A model generated the notes under the pieces. That model ran no database searches, was not told where the DNA came from, and saw only the letters and a list, made by a program, of their open reading frames with translations. A DNA stretch of 64,000 bases, from contig CAWAPG010000005.1 of NCBI GenBank assembly GCA_963783905.1, positions 2,820-66,819 of the forward strand, in the 5' to 3' direction. Of this stretch, positions 54,448 through 64,000 are shown piece by piece; position 1 is the stretch's first letter, and each line of letters opens with the position of its first letter. The DNA is from an uncultured delta proteobacterium (lineage in GTDB: Bacteria; Desulfobacterota; Desulfobulbia; Desulfobulbales; BM004). The position numbers and the translations under genes are program-made.

Positions 54448-54518
54448 ATCGACCGCAATGGAGCGAAAGATTTCCTTCCCTGCTGCGAGCGGCTGGAGGC
54501 AGAACAACAAGATAGTTC

Positions 54519-54547
54519 TTGACAAGTAGGTATGCGTAAGGTATTAA
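54519..54547 (+). promoter_or_regulatory. Sigma70-type promoter candidate for the rpsL-rpsG-fusA-tuf (str) operon
   Basis: TTGACA at 54519-54524, an exact 17-nt spacer, then TATTAA at 54542-54547. The site is about 185 nt upstream of rpsL. Confidence 0.5.
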
Positions 54548-54730
54548 TTTCCGTTTTTTGGGAAGGCGCAACATTTGTCCATGCGTAAAATTTTGGCAGT
54601 CATCACCAGGGCCCGATAAACGTATCGGGTTAAACGGGAGAAAACGGCCCGGGGCTGCTGTACGAGACCGACGGAATCAACAGGTTCGGAAACAGAAAAG
54701 TAATTATATACTGCACAGGAATTGGAATCT

Positions 54731-55102
54731 ATGCCAACCATTAATCAACTTGTAAGACAAGGCCGCAAAGTGGCCAAGAAAAGAAGCGGTACTCCGGCGC
54801 TGAAAGGTTCTCCCCAGAAAAGGGGTGTCTGTGTTCGGGTGTATACCACAACGCCCAAGAAGCCAAACTCCGCCCTGCGAAAAGTTGCCAGGGTAAGGTT
54901 GACCAACGGTATCGAGGTCACCTCGTATATCCCCGGTATCGGCCATAACCTGCAGGAGCATTCGGTCGTCCTGATTCGCGGCGGCAGGGTAAAGGATCTG
55001 CCCGGTGTCCGCTATCATATCGTACGTGGTACGCTTGATGCCCTGGGTGTTTCGGACCGGCGTCAGGGACGTTCCAAATACGGAGCCAAACGGCCGAAAT
55101 AA
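54731..55102 (+). CDS. rpsL: 30S ribosomal protein S12
   Basis: [13 protein letters not shown]...[22 protein letters not shown] 54731 was chosen inside ORF 54722..55102. Confidence 0.96.
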   Translation: MPTINQLVRQGRKVAKKRSGTPALKGSPQKRGVCVRVYTTTPKKPNSALRKVARVRLTNGIEVTSYIPGIGHNLQEHSVVLIRGGRVKDLPGVRYHIVRGTLDALGVSDRRQGRSKYGAKRPK

Positions 55103-55139
55103 TTTAAGGCTAATTGATTTTTCAGGAGGTTAATCGTAG

Positions 55140-55613
55140 ATGCCCAGGCGTAAGATTACAGAAAGGCGGACCATTGAGCCGGATCCCCGCTTTAACAGTG
55201 TACTGGTAAGTAAATTTACCAACGGAATCATGGAGCGCGGCAAAAGAACCGTGGCCCAGAAAATTTTTTATGAGGCCATGGATATTATCGAGCGGCAGGT
55301 CACCGATGCCGACCCGATTGCCGTCTTTGACAAGGCCATGGAGATGGTGCGGCCGAAGGTGGAAGTGAAGTCCCGGCGCGTTGGCGGTGCCACCTACCAG
55401 GTGCCTGTTGAGGTGCGGCCGGAAAGAAGGAATGCTCTGGCCATCAGGTGGATAATCAGCTTTGCCAAGGCCCGTCCGGGCAAGTCAATGTCGGAGAAAC
55501 TGGCAGCCGAGTTTCTTGATGCCTACCATGAGCGAGGCGGTTCGGTAAAGAAGCGTGATGATACCCATCGCATGGCGGAAGCCAATAAGGCCTTTGCCCA
55601 TTACAGGTGGTAA
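55140..55613 (+). CDS. rpsG: 30S ribosomal protein S7
   Basis: [20 protein letters not shown]...[16 protein letters not shown]. Confidence 0.96.
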   Translation: MPRRKITERRTIEPDPRFNSVLVSKFTNGIMERGKRTVAQKIFYEAMDIIERQVTDADPIAVFDKAMEMVRPKVEVKSRRVGGATYQVPVEVRPERRNALAIRWIISFAKARPGKSMSEKLAAEFLDAYHERGGSVKKRDDTHRMAEANKAFAHYRW

Positions 55614-55766
55614 GATATATTTAATTATCTCCAGTTGAATTTAGGGAATTGACAAAAGGTGCACCTTGGGGTAAAAAGGGCCACCTTTTGAATGGTTAAG
55701 GAAACGGTGTCTCGGTTAATCAATCAACTTCAGAAAGGAAATTTAACTTGAGGAAAGAGAGAACCC

Positions 55767-57845
55767 GTGGCAACCGATTCTTCACTTGCCAAGCTTCGGA
55801 ATATAGGGATAATGGCCCATATCGATGCTGGCAAGACCACTACCACAGAAAGGATATTATATTATACCGGTCGCTCTTATAAGATGGGCGAGGTCCATGA
55901 AGGCACTGCCGTCATGGACTGGATGGAGCAGGAGCAGGAACGCGGGATTACCATTACTTCAGCCGCCACAACCTGCACCTGGCATGACCATAAAATAAAT
56001 ATAATAGATACCCCGGGGCATGTGGACTTCACCATTGAGGTGGAACGCAGTCTCAGGGTGCTGGATGGAGCGATAGCCGTCTTTTGTGCGGTTGGCGGGG
56101 TTGAACCCCAGTCGGAAACCGTCTGGCGGCAGGCCGATCATTATCACGTTCCACGCATCGCCTTTGTGAACAAGATGGACCGCATAGGCGCAGATTACTG
56201 GCACTGTGTGGAGATGATGCGGGAACGGCTTGCAGCCAATCCCCTGCCGATTCAGATCCCGGTCGGCAGTGAATCAGGCTTTAGGGGGGTCATTGACCTC
56301 ATTAGGGAGAAAATGCTGGTCTTCGATGAAAAGTCGAAGGGATTGGAATATAGAGAAGAAGATATCCCAGAAGAATTCACCAAGGAATCTTCGGCCGTCC
56401 GTATGACGCTCCTCGAGAAGTTGGCCGACTTCGATGAGGAGGTCATGGAAAAATACTTGGAAGAACAGCCGGTCTCCGCCGATGTGATTCACAAGGCAAT
56501 CAGGAAAGCGACGCTCAAGCTGCAGCTGGTACCCGTACTCTGCGGCTCCGCTTTTAAGAACAAGGGGATTCAACCCCTGCTTGATGCAGTCGTTGCCTAT
56601 TTGCCGTCGCCTTTGGATGTGCCGCCGGTACAGGGACTTAACAGCGACGATGAGCTTGAGACCCGCAAGGCAAGTGAATCGGAAAATTTCTGCGGTTTGG
56701 CCTTTAAAATTGTTTCGGATCCCTTTGTGGGGAACCTGGCGTTTATCAGGGTATATTCCGGAATCCTGAAAGTCGGCAGTCAGGTCTACAATCCGATCAA
56801 ACGGAAAAAAGAGAAAATCGGCCGGATCGTTAAGCTGCATGCCAACAAACGGGAGGAGGTTCAATCAATCTCGGCCGGAGACATCGGCGCTCTCGTAGGA
56901 CCGCGGTTCACCACAACCGGGGATACCCTCTGCCAGTCAGGGGATTCAATTCGGCTCGAAACCATGGATTTTCCGGAACCGGTCATATCCATTGCCATTG
57001 AGCCGAAGAGCAAGGCGGATGAGGAGAAACTCCGAGACAGCCTTGACAAGATAGAAAAAGAAGACCCGTCGTTTCATGTAAAGACGGATGCGGATACCGG
57101 CCAGACAATACTTTCAGGGATGGGCGAACTGCACCTTGAAGTTATCGTCGACCGGCTGATCCGGGAATTTAAGGTGGCGGCCAATATCGGCAAGCCCCAG
57201 GTGGCCTACAAAGAATCAATTGGAGCCACCGCCAGAGCTGAAGGCAAATTTGAAGTGCTGACGGCAGGGAAACAGCAGTACGGCCATGTCTGGCTTGAAC
57301 TTGAGCCGAAGTCGCGGGGAGCGGGATTCGGTTTTGCAAACCGGATAAGCGCTGACAAGATCCCGGCCCAGTTTCTTGATGCCATTCAGCGTGGAGTTAG
57401 GGACAGTCTTGATTCGGGTCCACTGATCGGTTTTCCGCTGGTTGATCTGCAGGTAACGCTGGTAGACGGTTCATACCACGAGGAAGATTCCACGGAAATG
57501 GCCTTTGGGGTCGCGGCGACCATGGCTTTGCGCAAGGCTGCCGCCGAGGCGGATCCCATACTTCTTGAGCCCATAATGGCCCTGGAAGTAATTGTGCCCG
57601 ATGAATATCTTGGCGATGTTATGAGTGATCTCACCGGCAAGCGGGCCAAGATCAACGGCGTTGAGAGCCGGTCTAATTACCAGGTGGCAAAGGCGCATGT
57701 GCCCCTAGCTGAAATGTTCGGCTACTCAACGGATTTACGCTCGGCAACCCAGGGAAGAGCGACGTTCACCATGCAGTTTGCGTCCTATGACAAGGTGCCG
57801 GCGAATAAAGCGGAAGCGATTATCCACCGTATTCGGGGGATTTGA
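55767..57845 (+). CDS. fusA: Elongation factor G
   Basis: GTG start. The G domain reads [20 protein letters not shown]...DTPGHVDF...NKMDR. The protein is 692 aa. Confidence 0.96.
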   Translation: MATDSSLAKLRNIGIMAHIDAGKTTTTERILYYTGRSYKMGEVHEGTAVMDWMEQEQERGITITSAATTCTWHDHKINIIDTPGHVDFTIEVERSLRVLDGAIAVFCAVGGVEPQSETVWRQADHYHVPRIAFVNKMDRIGADYWHCVEMMRERLAANPLPIQIPVGSESGFRGVIDLIREKMLVFDEKSKGLEYREEDIPEEFTKESSAVRMTLLEKLADFDEEVMEKYLEEQPVSADVIHKAIRKATLKLQLVPVLCGSAFKNKGIQPLLDAVVAYLPSPLDVPPVQGLNSDDELETRKASESENFCGLAFKIVSDPFVGNLAFIRVYSGILKVGSQVYNPIKRKKEKIGRIVKLHANKREEVQSISAGDIGALVGPRFTTTGDTLCQSGDSIRLETMDFPEPVISIAIEPKSKADEEKLRDSLDKIEKEDPSFHVKTDADTGQTILSGMGELHLEVIVDRLIREFKVAANIGKPQVAYKESIGATARAEGKFEVLTAGKQQYGHVWLELEPKSRGAGFGFANRISADKIPAQFLDAIQRGVRDSLDSGPLIGFPLVDLQVTLVDGSYHEEDSTEMAFGVAATMALRKAAAEADPILLEPIMALEVIVPDEYLGDVMSDLTGKRAKINGVESRSNYQVAKAHVPLAEMFGYSTDLRSATQGRATFTMQFASYDKVPANKAEAIIHRIRGI

Positions 57846-57930
57846 TATAACGATTAGAAATAATAAAGTAAATTCAGGAAGTTTAATAACAGTAAATGAT
57901 ATTTGAGTTTTAGCATGGGGGTATGGAAAA

Positions 57931-59121
57931 ATGGCAAAGGAGAAATTTCAGCGAACGAAACCGCATGTAAACGTAGGCACGATTGGTCACATAGATCATG
58001 GCAAGACGACGTTGACGGCAGCGATCACGCGTGTATTGGCGACCAAGGGCCAGGCGCACTTCACCGCCTTTGACGAGATCGACAAGGCTCCTGAGGAGAA
58101 GGAGCGCGGCATCACGATTGCCACGGCCCACGTGGAATACGAGACAGCCAAGCGTCACTATGCGCATGTGGACTGTCCGGGCCACGCCGACTACATCAAG
58201 AACATGATCACCGGTGCGGCGCAGATGGACGGAGCGATCCTGGTGGTGGGAGCGGACGACGGCCCGATGCCGCAGACGCGGGAGCATATATTGTTGGCCC
58301 GCCAGGTAGGTGTGCCCGCCATCGTGGTGTTTTTGAACAAGTGCGACATGGTGGACGATCCGGAGCTGATCGAGCTGGTGGACATGGAACTGCGGGAGCT
58401 TTTGGACAAGTATGAGTTTCCGGGCGACGACACGCCGATCATCCAGGGCAGCGCCTTGAAGGCGTTGGAGAATCCGGAGGACGAGGCGGCGACGAAGTGC
58501 ATCTGGGAGCTTATGGATGCGGTAGATGATTTTATTCCCGAGCCGCAGCGCGATGTAGACAAGCCGTTTCTGATGCCGGTTGAGGATGTATTCTCGATTT
58601 CCGGCCGCGGCACGGTTGCCACGGGCCGGGTAGAGCGCGGCAAGGTCAAGGTGGGCGAGGAAGTAGAGATAGTAGGAATCAAGGCGACGCAGAAGACAAC
58701 GGTGACGGGAGTTGAGATGTTCCGCAAGCTTCTGGACCAGGGCCAGGCGGGCGACAACATCGGCGCTCTTCTGCGGGGTATAAAGCGTGAGGATATCGAG
58801 CGAGGCCAGGTACTGGCGGCGCCTGGTTCGATCACGCCGCATACGAAGTTCAAGGCGGAGTGCTATATCCTGACGAAAGAGGAGGGCGGCCGTCATACGC
58901 CGTTCTTTAACGGCTACCGCCCGCAGTTTTACTTCCGGACCACGGATGTGACCGGGGTGGTAACGCTGCCTGGCGGGGTGGAGATGGTAATGCCCGGTGA
59001 CAACGTCACGATCGAAGGCACCCTGATCACGCCGATTGCCATGGAGAAAGAGCTGCGCTTTGCCATCCGTGAAGGCGGGCGTACGGTCGGCGCCGGCGTT
59101 ATCAGCGAAATTATCGAATAG
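57931..59121 (+). CDS. tuf: Elongation factor Tu (copy 2)
   Basis: The 396-aa protein is identical to copy 1. It sits in the canonical position after fusA (tufA-like). Confidence 0.97.
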   Translation: MAKEKFQRTKPHVNVGTIGHIDHGKTTLTAAITRVLATKGQAHFTAFDEIDKAPEEKERGITIATAHVEYETAKRHYAHVDCPGHADYIKNMITGAAQMDGAILVVGADDGPMPQTREHILLARQVGVPAIVVFLNKCDMVDDPELIELVDMELRELLDKYEFPGDDTPIIQGSALKALENPEDEAATKCIWELMDAVDDFIPEPQRDVDKPFLMPVEDVFSISGRGTVATGRVERGKVKVGEEVEIVGIKATQKTTVTGVEMFRKLLDQGQAGDNIGALLRGIKREDIERGQVLAAPGSITPHTKFKAECYILTKEEGGRHTPFFNGYRPQFYFRTTDVTGVVTLPGGVEMVMPGDNVTIEGTLITPIAMEKELRFAIREGGRTVGAGVISEIIE

Positions 59122-59127
59122 GACATA
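57931..59127 (+). repeat. Dispersed direct repeat, copy 2 (tuf duplication; partner at 40776-41972)
   Basis: See copy 1. Identity starts at the ATG and ends a few nt after the stop (gaataggaca). Confidence 0.9.
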
Positions 59128-59133
59128 TCAATC

Positions 59134-59448
59134 ATGGTTACAACCGATAAAATTCGTATAAAACTGAAGGGATATGATCATAAGCTGCTGGATCAATCCA
59201 CTAGGGAAATTGTTGAGACGGCAAAGCGGACCGGTGCTACGGTGGCCGGCCCGATTCCCATGCCGACGTCAATAAATAAGTTCTGTGTTCTGCGTTCACC
59301 GCATGTGGACAAGAAATCCAGGGAGCAGTTTGAAATGCGCACCCATCGGCGGCTGCTTGATATTCTGGAGCCGACCCAGCAGACCATTGACTCTCTGATG
59401 AAGCTGGAGCTGTCAGCCGGTGTTGATGTCGAGATCAAACTGCCGTAG
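59134..59448 (+). CDS. rpsJ: 30S ribosomal protein S10
   Basis: [29 protein letters not shown]...[15 protein letters not shown]. Confidence 0.96.
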   Translation: MVTTDKIRIKLKGYDHKLLDQSTREIVETAKRTGATVAGPIPMPTSINKFCVLRSPHVDKKSREQFEMRTHRRLLDILEPTQQTIDSLMKLELSAGVDVEIKLP

Positions 59449-59526
59449 CCTGGGTGTGATTCCGGGGCGTGAACGGATCCCCGGTTGTTAACCAGTTAAA
59501 TTTTACTGAAATGAGTGGACAGTACA

Positions 59527-60156
59527 ATGCCGAAAACAATGGGATTGCTGGGTAAGAAAATTGGAATGACCAGAATCTATTCTGACATGGGGCAGGCTAT
59601 ACCTGTTACGGTCATCGAGGCAGGTCCGTGCGTGGTTCTGCAGAAAAAGACCGAGGTTAAAGAGGGCTATAACGCCATCCAGATCGGATTTGGGCCCAAG
59701 AAGGAAACACGGCTGAACAAACCGGAGAAGGGACATTGCCGGACTGCCGGGAAAGGTGGATTTTATCATATAAAGGAATTCCGGGTCTCCGATCCCGAGA
59801 CCTATGAGCTGGGACAGGAAATTCAACTGTCCGAGTTGATAAAAATCGGCGATGAAGTCCATATCAGCGGCAAGAGCAAGGGGCGAGGCTTCCAGGGCGT
59901 GGTCAAAAGGTACGGTTTTAAAGGGGGCCGGAAAACCCATGGGTCGATGTTTCATCGGCGTCCGGGGTCTATCGGCTGTTCCGCCTGGCCCAGCCGCGTT
60001 GTAAAAGGCAAAAAACTTCCCGGCCGCATGGGCAACGAACTGTTAACTACAAAAAACTTGACCGTCGTTGATATCCGTCCTGATGAGAATATCATGCTGG
60101 TCAAAGGATCTGTGCCGGGTGCTCCGGAGGGACTCCTGCAGATCTATACAAAATAA
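59527..60156 (+). CDS. rplC: 50S ribosomal protein L3
   Basis: [18 protein letters not shown]...[17 protein letters not shown] 59527 was chosen inside ORF 59515..60156. Confidence 0.95.
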   Translation: MPKTMGLLGKKIGMTRIYSDMGQAIPVTVIEAGPCVVLQKKTEVKEGYNAIQIGFGPKKETRLNKPEKGHCRTAGKGGFYHIKEFRVSDPETYELGQEIQLSELIKIGDEVHISGKSKGRGFQGVVKRYGFKGGRKTHGSMFHRRPGSIGCSAWPSRVVKGKKLPGRMGNELLTTKNLTVVDIRPDENIMLVKGSVPGAPEGLLQIYTK

Positions 60157-60195
60157 ATGGTCAGCCGCGCGGCGGCTGTTTGAGGAGAACTCAAA

Positions 60196-60819
60196 ATGGC
60201 AGTAACCGAGGTATATAATACCGATAATAAAAAAGTCGGAGACGTTGAGTTGAATGACGCCCTCTTCGGCCTAGAGGTCAAAAAGCATATCCTCCATGAT
60301 GTGGTAAAGATGCAGCTGGCCAATCGGCGGGCCGGGACGGCCAGTACCAAGACCAGAACCGAAGTGCGCGGCGGTGGTGCAAAGCCCTATCGCCAGAAGG
60401 GAACCGGCCGGGCCCGCGCCGGCACGCGACGGTCTCCGCTTTGGCGCGGAGGTGGAGTGATTTTCGGCCCCAAACCGAGAGATTACAGTTATAAACTGCC
60501 GAAGAAGGTGCGGAGACTCGGGGTGCGGATGGCACTCAGCGCCAGATTTGCCGAGAATAACATGCTGGTGCTGGACGGCTTTGATCTTGCAGAGATAAAA
60601 ACCAGGCGGTTTGTCGAAATCATGCAAAAGCTTAATATCAACAATGGGCTGATCGTTATTCCGGCAAACAATGAAAATTTGGAAAAATCTTCCCGCAACG
60701 TGCTGGGCTATAAAGTAATTCAGGCCGACGGTCTCAATGTCTACGACATACTGCTGCATCGGAATCTTGTTTTGCTGCAGCCGTGCCTGGATCAACTGGA
60801 GAAGAGGTTGCTGTCATGA
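60196..60819 (+). CDS. rplD: 50S ribosomal protein L4
   Basis: [44 protein letters not shown]. The stop overlaps the rplW ATG (ATGA at 60816-60819). Confidence 0.95.
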   Translation: MAVTEVYNTDNKKVGDVELNDALFGLEVKKHILHDVVKMQLANRRAGTASTKTRTEVRGGGAKPYRQKGTGRARAGTRRSPLWRGGGVIFGPKPRDYSYKLPKKVRRLGVRMALSARFAENNMLVLDGFDLAEIKTRRFVEIMQKLNINNGLIVIPANNENLEKSSRNVLGYKVIQADGLNVYDILLHRNLVLLQPCLDQLEKRLLS

Positions 60820-61100
60820 ATAAATATAATGTTATCAAGGGGCCCTGTCTTACCGAAAAGGGAGATCAACTGCAGGAGAATTACGGCAAAGCGGTAATCA
60901 AGGTCGACAGGAAGGCTAACAAGGTCGAGATCAAGGAAGCGGTAGAGCAGATATTCAAGGTCAAGGTTGCCACGGTCAGAACGTCAAAGGTCCGGGGCAA
61001 ATTGAAAAGGGTCGGAAAACACATGGGCCGTACTCCTGATTGGAAAAAAGCGTATATTACCCTGAAGGAAGGCAAGATCAATTTTCTCGAAGAGTTATAG
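60816..61100 (+). CDS. rplW: 50S ribosomal protein L23
   Basis: [16 protein letters not shown]...KVEIKEAVEQIFKVKVATVRT. The ATG is coupled to the rplD stop. Confidence 0.93.
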   Translation: MNKYNVIKGPCLTEKGDQLQENYGKAVIKVDRKANKVEIKEAVEQIFKVKVATVRTSKVRGKLKRVGKHMGRTPDWKKAYITLKEGKINFLEEL

Positions 61101-61222
61101 GCAATTCCCGGAAAAAAGACGTCCAATCAGGCTGCACCGGCGGAAATCTTCCGGAACGGCTTGACAAACAGCCCCAGCCATGGGGTGAGAATTACAGCAG
61201 TTGAAAATTATCGGGGTTACAA

Positions 61223-62044
61223 ATGGCTATTAAAACATATAAACCAACATCACCAGGAAAGCGGAATCACGTTTCAATCATCAATCCTGAGATTTCCAAG
61301 GCAAGACCTGAGAAAAGTCTGGTCAGCAAATTAAACGGTTCCGGCGGCAGAAATAATAATGGTCGGGTTACCTCGCGCCATATCGGCGGGGGCCACAAGA
61401 GAAAATACCGGATAATCGACTTCAAGCGTAACAAGACGGATATTTCGGCCAAGGTTGCCTCCATTGAATATGATCCGAACCGGTCCGCCAATATTGCTCT
61501 GCTCTTTTACTCGGATGGTGAGAAACGATATATTCTCTCTCCGGCCGGCATTAAAGTCGGTGATATTGTCGAGGCCGGCGACAAAGTAGATATCAAGGCA
61601 GGAAACTGTCTCGCCATGGGTAATATCCCGCTGGGCACCATCATCCATAATGTTGAAATGAAAATAGGCAAGGGCGCCCAGCTGGTACGAAGCGCCGGCG
61701 CTGCCGCCCAGCTGATGGCCAAGGAAGGCGAATATGTTCTGGTAAAACTGCCCTCCGGTGAAGTGCGTCGGTTTCATAAGAAATGCAGGGCCTGTATCGG
61801 CCAGATCGGCAATGCCGAGCATGAAAGCAAGAAACTGGGTAAAGCGGGCCGGACACGATGGCAGGGCAAACGTCCCCATGTTCGCGGTGTGGCCATGAAC
61901 CCGGTTGATCATCCCATGGGCGGCGGTGAAGGCAAGAGTTCCGGCGGGCGGCATCCCTGTACTCCATGGGGTTTTCCGACAAAGGGTTATAAGACGAGAG
62001 GGAGGAAACCCTCCGACAAGGATATTGTGAAAAAGAGGTCATAA
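61223..62044 (+). CDS. rplB: 50S ribosomal protein L2
   Basis: [15 protein letters not shown]...[19 protein letters not shown]...[18 protein letters not shown]. Confidence 0.96.
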   Translation: MAIKTYKPTSPGKRNHVSIINPEISKARPEKSLVSKLNGSGGRNNNGRVTSRHIGGGHKRKYRIIDFKRNKTDISAKVASIEYDPNRSANIALLFYSDGEKRYILSPAGIKVGDIVEAGDKVDIKAGNCLAMGNIPLGTIIHNVEMKIGKGAQLVRSAGAAAQLMAKEGEYVLVKLPSGEVRRFHKKCRACIGQIGNAEHESKKLGKAGRTRWQGKRPHVRGVAMNPVDHPMGGGEGKSSGGRHPCTPWGFPTKGYKTRGRKPSDKDIVKKRS

Positions 62045-62067
62045 GACTGTTTTAGGGGGTAGTGAAA

Positions 62068-62343
62068 GTGGCACGATCTGTGAAAAAAGGTCCGTTTGTT
62101 GATGACCATCTCATGAAAAAGGTACAGCAGGCCAGGGAATCCAAATCAAGAAAGGTAATTAAGACCTGGTCAAGACGGTCTGATATCTTACCCGACATGG
62201 TGGGTTTGACCTTTGCGGTACATAACGGCAGAAAGTTTATTCCGGTTTTTGTTACGGAAAATATGGTTGGGCACAAGCTGGGTGAGTTTTCACCGACCAG
62301 AACTTTTTACAGTCATGCCGGTGACCGGAAAATAAAGAAATAA
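62068..62343 (+). CDS. rpsS: 30S ribosomal protein S19
   Basis: (M)[14 protein letters not shown]...[28 protein letters not shown] 62068 is preferred over GTG 62062 because it gives the usual N-terminus and good spacing from the AGGGGG RBS. Confidence 0.93.
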   Translation: MARSVKKGPFVDDHLMKKVQQARESKSRKVIKTWSRRSDILPDMVGLTFAVHNGRKFIPVFVTENMVGHKLGEFSPTRTFYSHAGDRKIKK

Positions 62344-62426
62344 TAGAGCTGTCCGGCTCAAGGGAAAGCTGCGGCCGGGAGTTTATCAGTTAAACAGGAT
62401 CGCAAGAAATAAAAGGAATTTACGCC

Positions 62427-62759
62427 ATGGAAGCAAAGGCGGTTGCCCGATTTATCAGGATATCACCCCAGAAAGCCCGTTTAGTGGCGGATGTTGTTCG
62501 GGGGCTTGAAGTTGACAAAGCAATAACTACGTTACGGTTTATGCCAAAAAAGGGAGCGCAGCTGATCCGCAAAGTTATTGAGTCGGCCGTGGCCAATGCA
62601 AGCCAGAGCCAGGAAATTGATGTCGATACCCTGTACGTGAAGAAGATTTATATAGATGGAGGGCCGATGCTGAAAAGAATCAGGCCCAGAGCCATGGGGC
62701 GTGCCAACAGAATATTGAAGAGAACAAGTCACATTACGGTTGTTCTCGATGAACAATAA
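62427..62759 (+). CDS. rplV: 50S ribosomal protein L22
   Basis: MEAKAVARFIRISPQKARLVADVVRG...GPMLKRIRPRAMGRA. Confidence 0.95.
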   Translation: MEAKAVARFIRISPQKARLVADVVRGLEVDKAITTLRFMPKKGAQLIRKVIESAVANASQSQEIDVDTLYVKKIYIDGGPMLKRIRPRAMGRANRILKRTSHITVVLDEQ

Positions 62760-62819
62760 TCAGCGCCTGCTGCTCCAGAGGCATGGTCAAAAATAACCTA
62801 GAGTAAATGGAGGAAGATT

Positions 62820-63461
62820 TTGGGTCAGAAAGTTAATCCTATCGGTTTGCGGCTCAACATTACACGGGGCTGGGAATCCACCTGGTATGCCGATAAAGGT
62901 TATTCCAAGTACCTGCTGGAAGACCTGAAGATCAGGCAGTACCTGAAGAAGAGGCTTTTTCATGCCGGTATCGCGCGCATAAATGTGGAAAGAACCGGTG
63001 AAAAAGTAAGGGTAAAGCTTCATACCGCAAGACCCGGAATCATAATAGGCAAGAAGGGTGTTGAGATTGAGGCCTTGAAGCAGGATCTCGACAAGCTGAC
63101 CAACAGGGAATCGGTGATCGACATCCAGGAGGTGCGTCGGCCTGAGGCGAATGCACAGCTGGTTGCTGAAAATGTAGCCATGCAGCTCGAGAGGCGTGTT
63201 GCTTTTCGCCGGGCCATGAAAAAGGCGGTCAATACCGCTCTGCGTTTCGGGGTCAAGGGCATCAAGATTTCCTGTTCCGGCCGCCTGGGCGGGGCGGAAA
63301 TGGCCAGGCGGGAATGGTATCGCGAAGGCAGAGTACCCCTGCATACGCTGCGGGCAGATATTGATTACGGCTTGGCGGAGGCCAAGACAACATACGGAAT
63401 TATCGGAGTCAAGGTCTGGATCTTCAAGGGCGAAATACTTGAAGGTGCTGAAGAGGAATAA
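62820..63461 (+). CDS. rpsC: 30S ribosomal protein S3
   Basis: TTG start. (M)[23 protein letters not shown], with a KH domain and a C-terminal [28 protein letters not shown]. Confidence 0.95.
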   Translation: MGQKVNPIGLRLNITRGWESTWYADKGYSKYLLEDLKIRQYLKKRLFHAGIARINVERTGEKVRVKLHTARPGIIIGKKGVEIEALKQDLDKLTNRESVIDIQEVRRPEANAQLVAENVAMQLERRVAFRRAMKKAVNTALRFGVKGIKISCSGRLGGAEMARREWYREGRVPLHTLRADIDYGLAEAKTTYGIIGVKVWIFKGEILEGAEEE

Positions 63462-63624
63462 AGAGTAGGACAGTGGTTGGCCGCTGCTGGATGCAACCGC
63501 TGTAAATTGTCGGCATCATAAAAGCAAGATGCGGACAGGTATTGTGCCTGTAGATTTCTGATTTTATTAGGCCCTGTTGCTGACTGCGAGACTGTTTATG
63601 ATTGAAAAAAATTGAGGAATATCC

Positions 63625-64000
63625 ATGTTAAGTCCGAAAAAAGTCAAGTATAGAAAACAGATGAAGGGCAACCTGCGGGGCACAGCCTACCGGGGTTCCA
63701 CAATCAACTTTGGCGAATATGCCCTGAAAGCCATGGAATGCGGCCGCATGACCGCCCAGCAGATCGAAGCAGCCCGTATCACCATCAACAGGACGGTAAA
63801 ACGCGGCGGCAAGATGTGGATCAGGGTTTTTCCGGACAAACCTTTAACCAAGAAACCGGCGGAAACCAGGATGGGCAAAGGAAAAGGCAGCCCGGAACAA
63901 TGGGTGGCCCCGATCAAGCCCGGACGTATTCTCTACGAATTGACCGGGGTTGAGGAAGAACTGGCGGTCAAGGCTCTGACCCTGGCCGGCAACAAACTGC
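63625..64000 (+). CDS. rplP: 50S ribosomal protein L16 (3' end beyond window)
   Basis: Not in the ORF track because no stop falls inside the window. ATG 63625 gives [36 protein letters not shown]...[25 protein letters not shown]. Confidence 0.93.
   Translation, partial: MLSPKKVKYRKQMKGNLRGTAYRGSTINFGEYALKAMECGRMTAQQIEAARITINRTVKRGGKMWIRVFPDKPLTKKPAETRMGKGKGSPEQWVAPIKPGRILYELTGVEEELAVKALTLAGNKL

Noticed and set aside
57931-59127. Second tuf copy as an assembly duplication artefact or mobile element
   Set aside because: Both copies sit in the canonical tufB-like (after the tRNA Thr-Tyr-Gly-Thr cluster) and tufA-like (after fusA) contexts with different flanks. Three synonymous differences distinguish them. 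This is the normal two-copy arrangement in many proteobacteria.

Overview
The window looks like a chromosomal segment from a sulfate- or sulfur-cycling Desulfobacterota (deltaproteobacterial) organism. That placement is inferred only from the aprBA-qmoABC genes. All calls come from reading the sequence and the ORF track by eye; no searches or computations were run.

Three blocks are visible.

(1) 1-18.1 kb is an accessory lipid/polyketide locus made of two convergent operons.
- Plus strand: SDR reductase, GNAT-like acyltransferase, a split iterative type I PKS/FAS (ER-KS-AT-ACP-ACP, then KR, then DH), Sfp-type PPTase, and an ABC-2 exporter.
- Minus strand: a FAAL-ACP-alpha-oxoamine synthase fusion followed by a radical SAM/SPASM enzyme.
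- This enzyme set matches the logic of bacterial ceramide synthesis and is my main candidate for an undescribed system.

(2) 18.1-22.6 kb is a visibly AT-rich, poorly characterised stretch. It holds a ZraP/CpxP-like periplasmic protein, small or secreted hypothetical proteins, a lipoprotein, tRNA-Leu, and an ORF-free, helix-dense block of about 450 nt (19886-20330) that may be a large structured RNA.

(3) 22.7-64 kb is core housekeeping:
- ribF, a TPR / Zn-ribbon-HEAT / TPR gene triad, ribE-ribBA-ribH-nusB, and ftsK
- aprBA (with a strong terminator) and qmoABC
- tRNA Thr-Tyr-Gly-Thr, tuf, rpmG, tRNA-Trp, secE-nusG-rplKAJL-rpoBC
- rpsL-rpsG-fusA, a second tuf, and the S10 operon up to a truncated rplP

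At least a dozen single-nucleotide indels break reading frames, including in the essential genes rpoC (four) and rplK (one). Frameshifts here should therefore be treated as probable sequence errors, not pseudogenes. No CRISPR array, rRNA, transposase or prophage genes were seen.
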